64,000 bases of DNA from Malacoraja senta. Its lineage: Eukaryota. Both the position numbers and the translations under genes were made by a program. The stretch is from positions 19,718,001 to 19,782,000 of the forward strand of contig CM075987.1 in the NCBI GenBank assembly GCA_038087875.1, read 5' to 3'. The notes below the pieces were generated by a model that made no database searches, had not been told where the DNA came from, and saw only the letters and a program-made list of their open reading frames with translations. Numbering within the stretch: position 1 is the first letter of the stretch; the number at the start of each line of letters is the position of its first letter. Below, piece by piece: positions 51,530-63,689 of this stretch.

Positions 51530-52990
51530 ACCACAGAAACATCTTCACAGAAAAACATCCAAGAAATCTGATATAAATACCAAAGAACCGAGGATCTGGG
51601 GAAAATAAGGAAGTATAAGTTAAAAAATCACTCAGGAAGTTGGTGAGACTGAAAATCAATACATTTCAAGGACTAAAGATCTACACTCAAGAATTTTGAT
51701 TTAAGATTGAGGAAGCTCAATTTATCACCTAAAATTGCAAAGATTTTGGTTGGTTTATGTAGATGAAAGGTAGCTAACGTGACCCCACGTTAGAAGGAGT
51801 GAAAACTGTCTTGCCGTGTATCCACATTGCTTGTCAGACTGTGTCCCACTCCCACCTCTATTCTAACACTCTCTTCCCCACCCCCCCCTCCCCCCACTCA
51901 ACCAGTACAGTCTCGAAATATTTCTCATCCATGTTCTCCAAATATACTGCCTGACCTGCTGAGTTATTTGTTTAAGAAGGAACTGCAGATGCTGGAAAAT
52001 CGAAGGTAGACAAAAATGCTGGAGAAACTCAGCGGAGGAAATAGGCAACGTTTCAGGCCGAAACCCTTCTTCAGACTGATGTGTCTACCTGCTGAGTTAT
52101 TTCACCAGTTTGTTTTGTAAACCATCATCTGCAGTTCCTTGTTGTACATGGAATAGAATGATAGGAATGAACAAACTGCGTGAATTAATGAAAGGAAATT
52201 TGTATTTGATTAATTTACTAAAGTTCATTTGAGGATGCGAGGAGTTAGAATAGATAAGGGGGAAACCAATGAGTGTGGTATATCTGGATTTTGAAAAATC
52301 CCACTCAGGTCAAGGCCAATAGTATTTTTGCCTTTGAGTACAAGAGTAAAGATGTCGCAATGCAATTATTTAGGACCTTGGCTAGATCACACTTGGAGTG
52401 TTGTGTATGAATTTGGTCATCACTACAAAATATATATACTTCGAATGATGATTTATGAAACTTGTTCAAGATGTGGGTTTGCTGTATGCACTGTATACTA
52501 AAAATACAAATCAAAAAATAAAACTGCAGATGTGAGAAATCTGAAATAAAAACAAAAATGTTCAAAACCTTAGCAGACCAGGCCCCTGCTAAGTATTTCC
52601 AGCATTTTCTATTTATTTTATTGTCTAGAATGCAAAAAATGAGAAGAGATTTTGTTGGAATTTCTACCACTTTTACTGGCCATATGCAAGGGAGGATGTT
52701 TCCATAGCCTAGAACTAGTGGCACAGTTTCAGAATAATGAGGAGGCAATTTAGCATTGAGATGAGGAGAAATCCTTTCCTGCAGAGCATGATGAATCTTT
52801 GGAATTTGCTATCCTGGAGGGCTGTGGAGGTTCAGTGATTTAGTTCATTCAAAGCAGGTTGACAGATTTCTGGATATTAAGAAAATCAAGACATTTGTGA
52901 ATATTATGGGAAAAAAATATTGAGTGGAATGTCAGCCATGATCTTGAATGGAAGGCTCAAAGGACTAAATGCCCTCGTATTGTGATTTCT
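51530..52990 (+). mobile_element. Old fragmented CR1 ORF2 with nested PLE repeats (51830-52148, about 52520-52620)
   Basis: IDKGETNECG.YLDFEK-like and FEYKSKDVAMQLFRTLARSHLECCV remnants; CR1 3' UTR at about 52930-52990. Confidence 0.7.
51970..52086 (-). mobile_element. Young PLE-derived insertion nested in an older copy of the same superfamily
   Basis: 16-bp TSD ACCTGCTGAGTTATTT (51954-51969, 52087-52102); hammerhead-like core at 52044-52076. Confidence 0.85.
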
Positions 52991-53371
52991 TACAATCTTA
53001 TATGATTAGGTTATTAACCATTTAAACCAGGTTAATAAATCAAAGTATATCACAACATACAGGAGACATTATCTGTTTATTTCCTTACAGTTTGTGTACT
53101 GTGATCTGTCTGCCCAAATGCCTTAATTAATGCACCATCAGGTGCTACAGAATGGATGGTGGTGGGGTACTTTTTCAAGTGGAATAGACTGGTGATTATG
53201 AAATTGAGTGATGGATTTTGTCACCTATATCATTTCCTTAATGTTATGCTTGTTGCTTTTCCAATGTTGACGGACCAAATTGCAGTACATGGTAATATTT
53301 TCTAGCATCCTTTGTATTTAATTTCCATGACACATTCTTCTATTCCTTACTCTGTCATGTATAGTTTCCAG

Positions 53372-53404
53372 CAAAGATACTAGAGGAGCGCTCTAGTATC
53401 TTTG
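53372..53404. mobile_element. 33-bp palindromic TIR-only insertion between 8-bp direct repeats
   Basis: GTTTCCAG-CAAAGATACTAGAG-GAGCG-CTCTAGTATCTTTG-GTTTCCAG. Confidence 0.9.
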
Positions 53405-54044
53405 GTTTCCAGTTGAATGTATCTATGTTGGTTGCCTCAAATACTATTTGTAGTAGCTCGTTAACATCTTTTATGTACATTGTAGATTCTTTTGACTTCA
53501 CTGATAGATCTGTTTGTGACTTTGTTACATTTATTGTCTCTGTTTTTTCTGGTTGTATTCTAGCTCATGTGGAAACATCTTCTCCATGTCTGCTTTATTA
53601 AACAGTTCCTGAAGAATATCAAATTATAACTTCACCTATCACTCATTCTCAGTATTGTTTTTTCTAGACAAAAGAATCCCGAGTTTGTCTAATTTTTCTG
53701 AATATGTACAGCTTCTCAATTCTGCTACCATTAATATGTACAGCTTATCATTTCCTCAGCAGTTCCTCCATTTCCTTGGAGATGGAGACTGATTTAAAAT
53801 GAGTAATACCACAAGGGCATGAAAATAAGTAGAACAAGGTTCAGGAGAATGTAAATGCCGGTTAAAAATCAAAAAGATTGTGCTTTAAATGAATTTCCAT
53901 CAACATAATCTTTATCTAATAACTCCAGATGTCCATTTCACGTGGATGATTTAAAAAAAAAACATTACACTAACATGACGGAACATCACAAGAAGGAATG
54001 CAGGATGTCTCCAGTCACAAATTAAAATTCAAATGTCTATTTTA

Positions 54045-55240
54045 GATGAGGACTACCAATATAATTTTGTGTGCCATCGTAGTGGACCAAATCACAAACA
54101 GTGACGAGACAGAGTATAGGAAGGAGATAAAGAGCATAGTAACATGATATCAGGACAAAAATCTTTCCGTCAATCACCAAGAGAAAGTAGCTAGTTACTG
54201 AGATCACAAAACTAGATGGTGTACATGCCCTAGATGGTGTACAAAACTAGATGGTGTACAACCTAGTCTGCATCAATGGTGCCAAAGTGGAAATGATTGA
54301 GAGCTTCAGGTTCCTAGGTGTTAAAATTACCACCAATTTATCTTGCACCAATCACCTTGAAATTAAAAAAGATCACCAATGCCTCCACTTCCTCAGAAGA
54401 CTCAATAAGTTTGGCATATCCCCAATGGCTCTTATCAACACGGCACAGAGGCGCAGTGGTAGAGTTGATGCCTTACAGCGAATGCAGCGCCGGAGACCCG
54501 GGTTTCATCCCGACTAAGGGAGCTGTCTGAACGGAGTTTGTACATTCTCCCCGTGACCTGCGTGGGTTTTCTCCGAGATCTTTGGTTTCCTCCCACCATC
54601 CAAAGACGTACAGGTATGTAGGTAAATTGGCCTGGTAAATGTTTAAAAAAACTGTCCCAGTGTGTGTAGAATAGTGTTAATGTGCAGGGAGCGCTGGTCG
54701 GCGCGGAACTGGTGGGCTGAAGGGCCTGTTTCTGCTCTGTATCTCTAAACTAAATAACATTCTACAGATGCACCTTAGAAAGCATCCTATTGAGATGTAT
54801 CACAGCTAGGTTTTGCAACTACTCTGCCCAAGATTGCAAGGTTACAAGAAAGTAGCCCAATCCATCATGCAAATCAGCCTCCCATCTTTCTTTCCGCATC
54901 ACCTCCATATGCAATTTACACTGCCTTGGGAAAGCAGCAAATATAATCATTCTGGTAATTCCCTCTTCTATCTTTTTTCTGTCAGGCAGAAGATATAAAA
55001 CATATCACCAGATTCATGAACTTATGGGACTACTGAACGGTCTCCCATAAGTTATGGGTAAAGTCCCAATTTTCTAACCTACCTCATTGCAGCTCTTGGA
55101 AATTTTGCTTATCTGCTCTTTTTCCGTAGCTGTAACACTCTAATGCTGTGCCACTAGATTCAGCACTCTGGTATTTTCCATTTTCCACTACCTGTTGTAC
55201 TTGTGTATGGCTTGATGGTACTCATGTATGGTATGATGTT
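54045..55240 (+). mobile_element. Decayed Rex1/Babar LINE interrupted by a SINE
   Basis: INGAKVEMIESFRFLGVKIT and HQCLHFLRRLNKFG; resumes at about 54757 with TTCTACAGATGCACCTTAGAAAGCATCCT. Confidence 0.8.
54440..54753 (+). mobile_element. Well-preserved tRNA-derived SINE with CR1-like tail
   Basis: GGCGCAGTGGTAGAG (A box), CGGGTTTCATCCC (B-box-like), ends GAAGGGCCTGTTTCTGCTCTGTATCTCTAAACTAAA. Confidence 0.88.
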
Positions 55241-56514
55241 ATATTTGATACTGTCCTGTGGTGCTGCTGGCAAAATGTCATCATGGTATGGCACCATTTG
55301 TTTTTTAGCAGCAACTAAGAATTTAATTGTTCTGTTTCAATATATATGACAATGATAAACCAATGCCAATCATTTTGCAGGCAGTATGCAAAACGAGGAA
55401 GAATCTAATGTAATGGATCTCTGTTTGCATTTCTGAACATGTGGATTGCAAAATGCATGTTGGTGAATAGGCATTAGCAGGGATCATAGTTGGAAGTTTC
55501 CTTTTGTCTTTATGATATGGTTAAAATCTAACATGAGAAAATTTTGAGCGTCACAAAATATTTATCATGATTTATAGCATTTATTAAATAGATTCACTAC
55601 TACATCATGTCTAAATGCAAAAAAAAAAAAAAAAAATTAGAATGATTTGCAGAAGCTGGCAGTTACCCATGTTCCAGATTATTCACAATAGTACATTAAT
55701 ACGAAAAAAACTAATGATTCTTAAGGATTTTCATGATTTTGTCTGAAATATTTCAATGTTAGCTCAAGTGTTTAATTTTGAATACATGTGTGCAGGCATA
55801 GTGAATAAAACGAAACTGCACTGTAAATGCTTGTATTTTCAAAAATTCCATGGAAGTGTCAACAACCTCAAAAGATATGGTGCCAATGTTTGTCAGGATG
55901 CGAAAGATTAAAGACTGTAGTTAATATCTGAGCACCCATTCATTTTATTTGAGATCACTGAGGATACGAGAACCCTCTTTACTGTTCCAATATGTCCACA
56001 AGTTGCTGCCAGCCGCTCATAAAGTATTGCCATTGTTTATAGAAATTATACTTGCTGCCATTTCAGTGATTTTGCTGGCTATTTCCCTTAAAACTGCCAC
56101 AGTGTTAAATCTACCCATTTGCCTTATCATTTGCTGGAGTATTTAAGTTCTATCAATGTGGAATGTAAAGCATAGTACAGATTGTTAAATGTAGAGGATT
56201 CTCTACCCTGTACGGCTGTGGATAGATTCAGGTTGGCTTTTAAAGTTAAAGGTAAACTAAACTTCAGCAAAGGATATTAGGGTCTCTTGTCCATAATGAG
56301 GGAAGCGTGTTCTCTTACTTAATTTGCCTTTTCTTCCAAATTCTATAGAAGACCATTGAGCAGTGGGGTGTGCAGTGTTTTGCAGTCCCTTGAGAGCTAG
56401 AGATCTGCCATAACAGCTGTGCAACCAAGTGCTTGTGGCTGTTTGATTTACCTTCTGAGTTTTTCTGTAGATACGGTCCTTTACAGGTAAGGAAATGATT
56501 ACTTCAGCATTGTC

Positions 56515-56833
56515 AAGTCCTTTGATTATCCTAGTGCGCAGAATCATTTTCCTTGGGTAGGGGAATCAAGAACTAGAGGGCATACATTTAAATTGAGAGG
56601 AGAAAAATTTAATAGGAATCCGAGGGGCAACCTCTTCACACTGAGGGTGATGGGTATATGGAATGAGAAGCCAGACAAAGTGGTTGAGGCCATTTAAAAG
56701 ACATTTACAGATATATGGATAGGAAACGTTTAGAGGGATATGGGGCAGGCTTGAGCAAATGGGACTAGCTGAGATGGGGCATCTTGGTCATCATGCACTT
56801 GGGCTGAACAGCCTGTTTTGGTGCTGTATGACT
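56515..56833 (+). mobile_element. CR1 3' fragment
   Basis: GESRTRGHTFKLRGEKFNRNPRGNLFTLRV remnant plus tail. Confidence 0.85.
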
Positions 56834-58031
56834 GCCATCACAAATTATTTTCAGTTCTAAAATAAAGAGCTACTTTAGCACGATCACTCATTCTGGTAGC
56901 ACTCTCGCGTTTTGTTTGCGCCTTCTCCAGTATCTCTAGTTCCTTGTAATGGTATGGAAATTGGAACTATTCATAGCACTGTCATGAGTGATCTGCCCAA
57001 AGTTATACTTTTATGGAGTCTGAAGGCAAGAATATGGTGAACCACTGGTTTATAAATGTTTTTAATAAACTCCTGAAGTCTCAGGTTTGGGGTGTGCCTT
57101 GTTACCATTAGAACTGTTGATACTAAGTACAATTTTTCCTTCATTTTGCCAAGGGTGTGCCATAACTTAGTTTAAAAGATCCATTCACTTTCGCTGAGAC
57201 CACCATGGATAGGAGCACCCTTTCTACTGCTTCCAATTTATCCACAAGGATGCTGCCAGTTGAATCTGTTGCCAGTCTCTCATAAAGTGCAACCATTGTT
57301 CAAGGAAATTATTATTGCTGTCAGCTTCAGTGAATTTTTGTTGGCTGCTTCCCTCAAAGTTGCCCACACTACACTATTAGATCTTGCAATTTGTCTTCAT
57401 TTAGTGGAAGGCTAAAATTTTTAAAAGACCATCGGTAAGTTGTGTCAAGACTGGTGCAGTATCTTATGTTTTGTTCTCAATGCCACCTGGAAGATTTAGT
57501 GAAGATTTTGGAATCAGAAATATGTTTTTAGATAGGACCTCAATCAGTAATAGAATCTCAAGTAAGAGCAATAGCATTATAGAGACGTTGAGTGGGAGAG
57601 AAAATAAGACTACAAGCAGGAAATGATGTGAAATGGAAATGAGGTTTGAAGGGGAAATAGAAGCTTGAGCAGGATAAAAATGAAGGAGATCTTTGTTGTG
57701 AAGCGTGATATTAGGTCATGTGATATACTAAGGCATGCCATTTTACTGTTTATATTAAAAAAGGATACCTGGCTGCATATTTCCTTTATTGCCCAATGCC
57801 ACTGGTATTCCACAAGATGTTGGTGCAAAGCTGTAACTTCTACAGTCCAAAGCAAAAGGTGTGATACTTTAAAGTGTTAATCCTGAGCTGATGCCTCCTG
57901 TTTCATGCCCTTCATCCATGAAAGAATTGCAATAAATTTTGAATTCAAATGTAATTTGAACTATCATTAATTTCATTTTTAATAATTTCTATAAAACAAA
58001 GTTTTGCAAGATGGATTGTCTCTGCAACCAT

Positions 58032-58259
58032 GTTGTTAAAGAAGGAACTGCAGATGCTGGAAAATCGAAGGTACACAAAAATGCTGGAGAAACTCAGCGG
58101 GTGCAGCAGCATCTATGGAGCGAAGGAAATAGGCAACGTTTCGGGCCGAAACCCTTCTTCAGACATATAGATGTGGGTTTCGGCCCGAAACGTTGCCTAT
58201 TTCCTTCGCTCCATAGATGCTGCTGCACCCGCTGAGTTTCTCCAGCATTTTTGTGTACC
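58032..58259. mobile_element. Young PLE-derived fold-back insertion
   Basis: About 85-bp apparently perfect inverted arms (58070-58154, 58176-58260); 15-bp TSD TGTCTCTGCAACCAT (58017-58031, 58260-58274). Confidence 0.92.
58132..58164 (-). ncRNA. Short-stem-III type I hammerhead-ribozyme-like motif
   Basis: Minus strand GU-CUGAAGA-A-GGG-UUUCGG-CCC-GAAAC-GUU-GCC; palindromic AACGUU in place of a stem III hairpin. Confidence 0.62.
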
Positions 58260-58309
58260 TGTCTCTGCAACCATTTGGGTTGCCAGTTTTTTCTTTGAGT
58301 GGGTAAGCA

Positions 58310-58446
58310 ACACACCAACCAACATGTCCCATCTACACTAGTCCCACTTACCTGCGTTTGGCCCATATCCCTCTAAACCTGTCTTATCCATGTACCTGTC
58401 TAATTGCTTCTTAAACGTTGCGATAGTCCCTGCTTCAACCACCTCC
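58310..58446 (-). mobile_element. CR1 3' tail
   Basis: EVVEAGTIATFKKQLDRYMDKTGLEGYGPNAGKWD. Confidence 0.85.
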
Positions 58447-58885
58447 ATCATGTAACCTGGTGCCAAGTCAACAACCTTTTCCTCAACGTCAGCAAGACAA
58501 AGGAGTTTGTGATCGATTTCAGGAAGCGAAAAGGTACACATACCCCGGCATACATCGACAGCGCCGAAGTAAAGATGGTTGAAAGCTTCACGTTCCTAGG
58601 AGTAAATATCACTAGCAACTTGTCTTTGACCAGCCATATCGAAGCATTGGCCAAGAAAGCATACCAATGCCTTTACTTCCTTAGAAGGCTTAGGAAGTTT
58701 GGCATGTCCCTAACAACTCTCACCAACATCTACAGATGTGCCATAAAAAGCATTTTATCAGGATGATCACAGTATGGTTTGGGAAGAGCTCCATTCAAGA
58801 CCACAAGAAATTGCAGAGAATGGTGGACGCAGCCCAAACTATCACGCAAACTAACTTCCCGTCCATTGACCATCTACGCTTCATT
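58447..58885 (+). mobile_element. Rex1/Babar LINE fragment
   Basis: [41 protein letters not shown] and KKLQRMVDAAQTIT. Confidence 0.9.
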
Positions 58886-59067
58886 TTAGAATACTGTTTG
58901 CAAGATGTTCTCACAAATAGCTGCTTATCTGGTAGCATGGACATTCCCAGTGTAACATCTATATGTGTGTAGTAATGAGTTAGTATTTGATGTGACCAGG
59001 CCTACGTTTGGAAAGGATTTTTAGCTCTACATTGCTTCTATTTATGTTCCCATTCTCTAAAGACTTG

Positions 59068-59200
59068 ATCTGAAGGCTGAAGCAGGGTCCCTACCTGAAA
59101 CGTCATCTATCCATGTTCTCTAGAGATGCTTACTGACCTGCTGAGTAACTCCAGTGCTTTTGTGTCTCTTTTTTTAAACGGGCAACTGGTTCCTAGTGTT
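59068..59200 (+). mobile_element. PLE-derived repeat
   Basis: CTGAAGCAGGGTCCCTACCTGAAACGTCATC ... GACCTGCTGAGTAACTCCAGTG. Confidence 0.7.
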
Positions 59201-62200
59201 CGCATTCTCTCTGTTATCTCCAAACAATTATTTCATATTTTATTTCTTCACAACAAAGGAGCCCATTGGACCATAAAGTGCATGCCAACCCTGAGGGCAA
59301 GCCCATTAATCCTATTTCTCCACTAATTTCCCAGTAATCCATTATCTCATGGTTGCCCAGTCACAGCCCATGATGTGTAATTACAATAACCAATTAGCCT
59401 AACAATCAACGTGTCTTTGGGATGTAATAGGGGACAGGAGAACTTGGAGGAAACCTATGTAGTCACAGGGAGAATATACAAACTGCACGCGGACTGCTTT
59501 GGAAGTCAACCTGAACATGGCTCTAGGACTATGGGACACTCCGAAATTTCACTGATGGTGAAAATACTACACATTTGTTTGCTAAATTCCTTGTCCTAGA
59601 TTGATTTTTAAGGGAACATTAAGTAGATCGTCATTCAAATTTTAAAACTTAAGATACAAAATCTTAATTCAGAAACAGGTCCCACAACTTAATCTGTTAA
59701 TGATATTTCCTGGACTTGCACATTAAAAGGAATTTCTTTGGATTTCACTTTGCACTTTGCTCCTCTGTTTTGTTTATCTATTTTATGCCATATAAACTGA
59801 TTGCATTTTATTGCATAAGTGTACAATAATTTTAACTGTAATAATGGTTGTAAATAATATCACTTGATTTTGTTGATGCGATTGAATCATATTCTGAAAA
59901 CAAACAAATGTTATAACAACATAAATATTTAAATAAATAAAGCTTTATCATAAGGAATGTGGCTAAATTTAGTCTGGGGTATGTATTCACTGATCAGTGA
60001 ATAGAATCATTTAAAACTATTTGTAAAATTAAACTATGCTGATTGCTAGAGTCATCTTGTTTTCATATCACTGGTAAAACATTTCAGTTTTTTACAGGAG
60101 GTAGAATCTGGCAAATGTTATATCTTAACTCAGTTATGAATGACTAACAATGAATATGCAGCTCTAGATAAAGAATTGATGTGCATTACCGGCAATCCTA
60201 TTTTGTTGCTTACATAAGACATTAATAATAATAGGGGCAACGTGAGATTAATCTCTGTTTACAGACTCTGTACATCAGCTCGACATGAACATTGAATCAA
60301 TGAGCGTATTGGTTTACCTATCGTAAAAATAACCTTAACTAATTCTGTTCCATAATATTCCAAAACTAATCTATATTATAACGGACTATTTAATTGAGCA
60401 ACGATCTCCAATTTCAGAATAGGCAGTAATCAAATCACCAAGAAGAGACAAAAACCAGATCAATGAACATAAGGTCTTTGGAAAAGTAATTCCATTACAT
60501 TTTTCAGATCCCAGGTTTAATTAAGTAAGTTTGCAAGAGACGGAATCAGTTTTGCAAGTATACCTTTTTAATATCTTTTGACTTGAATTTTGGAGTCTGT
60601 GGCATAACTGCAGCACGATATCTGTGGTGTGAAATTCCCTTTTCTCCATTGTTTGTTGGTCTATATTGTCAGATGAAGGGAGTTCTTAGTACATGTAATC
60701 ATCAAGTTGGCTGAGCACCAGTCATATTTAAGAATTCTCACAGTTAGCAAAGCAAGACAATTAATAAAGACTGGAATGTATAAATATTATTATACTAGAA
60801 AATGAATCATAACACATACAATCCTTTCAACAGATTTTGTTTTAGACCATTATGTTTTGAAATATTGAGGTGAAGGAATTACAATCCAAGTTGGAGTATT
60901 TGAAGAATGTTAATAGTGGCACTAAAATCATTACAACTTCATGTATCAATACAATATTTTCAGCTTAATTTTGTATAGAGAATGGATTTGAAAATATCTC
61001 ATATTCGTTCTAGTTCTGGTTTCCTTTTTTGTTAGAGAAGGCTGCAAATCGCACAGCCTGTGTAGGAAGGTAGAAACACCATTGCCAAATTTGGTATGAA
61101 TCCACACCAATGTGGAATCCCAAGGTTATTTCATTTCATGATGGTGAATATCACTTTTTTCATCTTCATTACAACAACAAAATTTAAACAATGTAATTCT
61201 TTCTATTAATCATATATTTAAACCATTCCTAAAATTTGCCAGGGTCTTTGGTTTAATCTACAACAGTTGTGCATTCTGCAGGATTGTTCTATAGGTGTGG
61301 GTGGGATTTAGAAAAAGGAAGCTGGAATCCCAAAGTTTTAACACTTCTGTCTTTCATCCATGACAGATGCCATGATCAAAAGTGAACATCGTTATCCATC
61401 AAGATTACCAGACCAGCGGGAATGATCCTGGAGCAGGTAGGACAAGATAGGTCTGATTTATAAACGGACTTATTGGGGACAAAGGTCAACTATTTTCCAA
61501 TCCTGAAGGATACGAATCTCCATTTTAGGGACTGGTTGGTCTCTCATCTTTTGTTGTAGGGATGATGGTCTGATTACAAACCCTAGGAAAATTGGATGTC
61601 AGACCTTGGAATAGAGCTTGTGTGATGTTGGGAAGCTTGGGGAGGTTGCATGGAAGTTTATTGGGAGTGCAGTAAATCTACCTGTTTTTGAGGCAAATAT
61701 ATCTATGAAACAAGTTGAAGGCTACGTTACCATTTCATTCTGTAATTAAAACCCTCTTGAGACATGACTGCCAATCCTTGTCAACCATGTAAATCCTAAA
61801 AGCAGATTGGTTGAAATGGAAGCAAGGGAAAATTTAAGATTTTTCAAAAAAAAACCTTTAACGTTCTAATTTAATCCCAACCTATCAACTTTCAGGTAGA
61901 TACCCAGTAAAGTCCTTCTCATAGACTTGATTGTATGTCTGAGATTCCTTAATCATTAAAATTGTCTTCATAATTTTAAACTCTTTTTTTTACATAATTC
62001 CACATCTTCCTTTGTTTGGGCAAAATCAATTTAAAATGTTCAAATATGTATTTGTATTTTCCTTACATCAGATGGTAATGTGCTGGCTGCCGTCCATCAA
62101 CTCAACAAATTTCTTAAGCACGAAGAACAAAACTGCATTCTGTACTACCACCGTGGGTCTAGTTAAGATTTTATTTAGATTCGTCATCGCATCTCAACTT

Positions 62201-63689
62201 TCATATTCTGCATTTCCTGCCCTATAAGCAAGCATCTTGTTTGTCTTTTAATTCATTGAGATACTAGTTTTAATTTATTATAAATTCAAAAATTCTGCAA
62301 TCTTTTTACAATGTGCAACATCGTACGTGCAAACATTAAGTACTCTCATTGCTTTATATCAAAGCATATATTGGCATTTCTCAGTGAAGTAAATGCCACA
62401 AGCCATCGCAAGTCACTGCCAAAATAAAACAGAAAATGCTGATAAAAACCACCAGGTCATGTAGCATCTGTGGAGAGTGAAACAGAGTTTATGACCTTTC
62501 ATCATAACTGGGCAGAATTAGAGGTAAAACAAGGTTAATAGTTCAGAGAGACGAAGGACTATTCAAAATTGAAAATCTGCTAGGTAGTGGAGGGTAAGAG
62601 TTATATAGTATGGAAACAGGCCCTTTGGCTCAACTTTCTCATGCAAACCAAGGTGCTCTATCTAGTCATCCCATTTGCCCGTGTTTGGTCCATATTCCTC
62701 TTTGAAGAAAAAGATGATGAACCCAGGTGAAAGAGGCTAGTAAAGGCATTAGCGAATAACGCAGGAAAACATGGGAACGGAGCATAGGGAGGACCTGTAA
62801 TTTCAAATTTTATTAATCTTTTCCCATTTAAATTGACTGGAACTACTTCTAATTAGTAACTGCCAAATTCAACCTCTCTGTTTCCTTCTAACAAGCTTTT
62901 AATCCAACCTTTCCCCCTCCTCTTTATTTTAGATTCCTTCAATCTCCCAAATAATTTATTGTACAGTACAATGTAAATGACTGACGGCCTGGAAACCCAG
63001 ACTCTGCTTGAGCATTTTCCTGTGCAATTGTAATATTGAAATGACTGATAAAACAAAATGTGTTCTATAGGGTACAAAGCCGATGATTTTTCCACGTTAG
63101 CTATAGGAAATTATATATCTTTATAAAATATTGTAGCAAATACTCAGCTTTCTACACCATTATTTCTTTATTAATAACAACATAACTTTTGTGTGTCATT
63201 TTAACGTCTTCTTGGCATCCCTTCAATCTAACTGAACATTAAAAGTTAACAAATTCCCTTAATAAAAATACTGCCTCCATTCCTGGATTCCCTCATTGCA
63301 ATTCTGGCAGATTACCTTGTCAAGGGAGGCAAAAAATCAAGCCAGCATTTCTACTCTTACTCTACATGAAATCTCATTACACCAGTACAACACATGATGG
63401 CTAATGATGCATAGTTTGTCTTAGAGAAAACTTTGAATATTGAGAGGATTGCTGTTGTATAATTGCAGGTAGCACTCAAGAATTTAGAATTGTTTGTTTT
63501 ACTCTTTTGAATAACTAGAAATATTGGTGTTTGTGTTTGTAAATTGATTAAATGTGCACTAATGGAATAGTTTCATCATCAAGAAAAAAACATACAATTC
63601 TCACAGTCCAGGTTTGTGCTTTATAATGAATAAAGTGCTTTTAACTACAAAAATAAATGTGGTTTGATCCTGCTATTATTTACATGATT

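Noticed and set aside
53075..53170. Strong splice acceptor TTTATTTCCTTACAG as a coding exon
   Set aside because: All three frames stop within about 40 nt and give no recognisable peptide; a non-coding or terminal exon cannot be excluded.
54440..54520. tRNA gene
   Set aside because: A/B boxes belong to a SINE head that continues into the SINE core and CR1-like tail; no cloverleaf or terminator seen.
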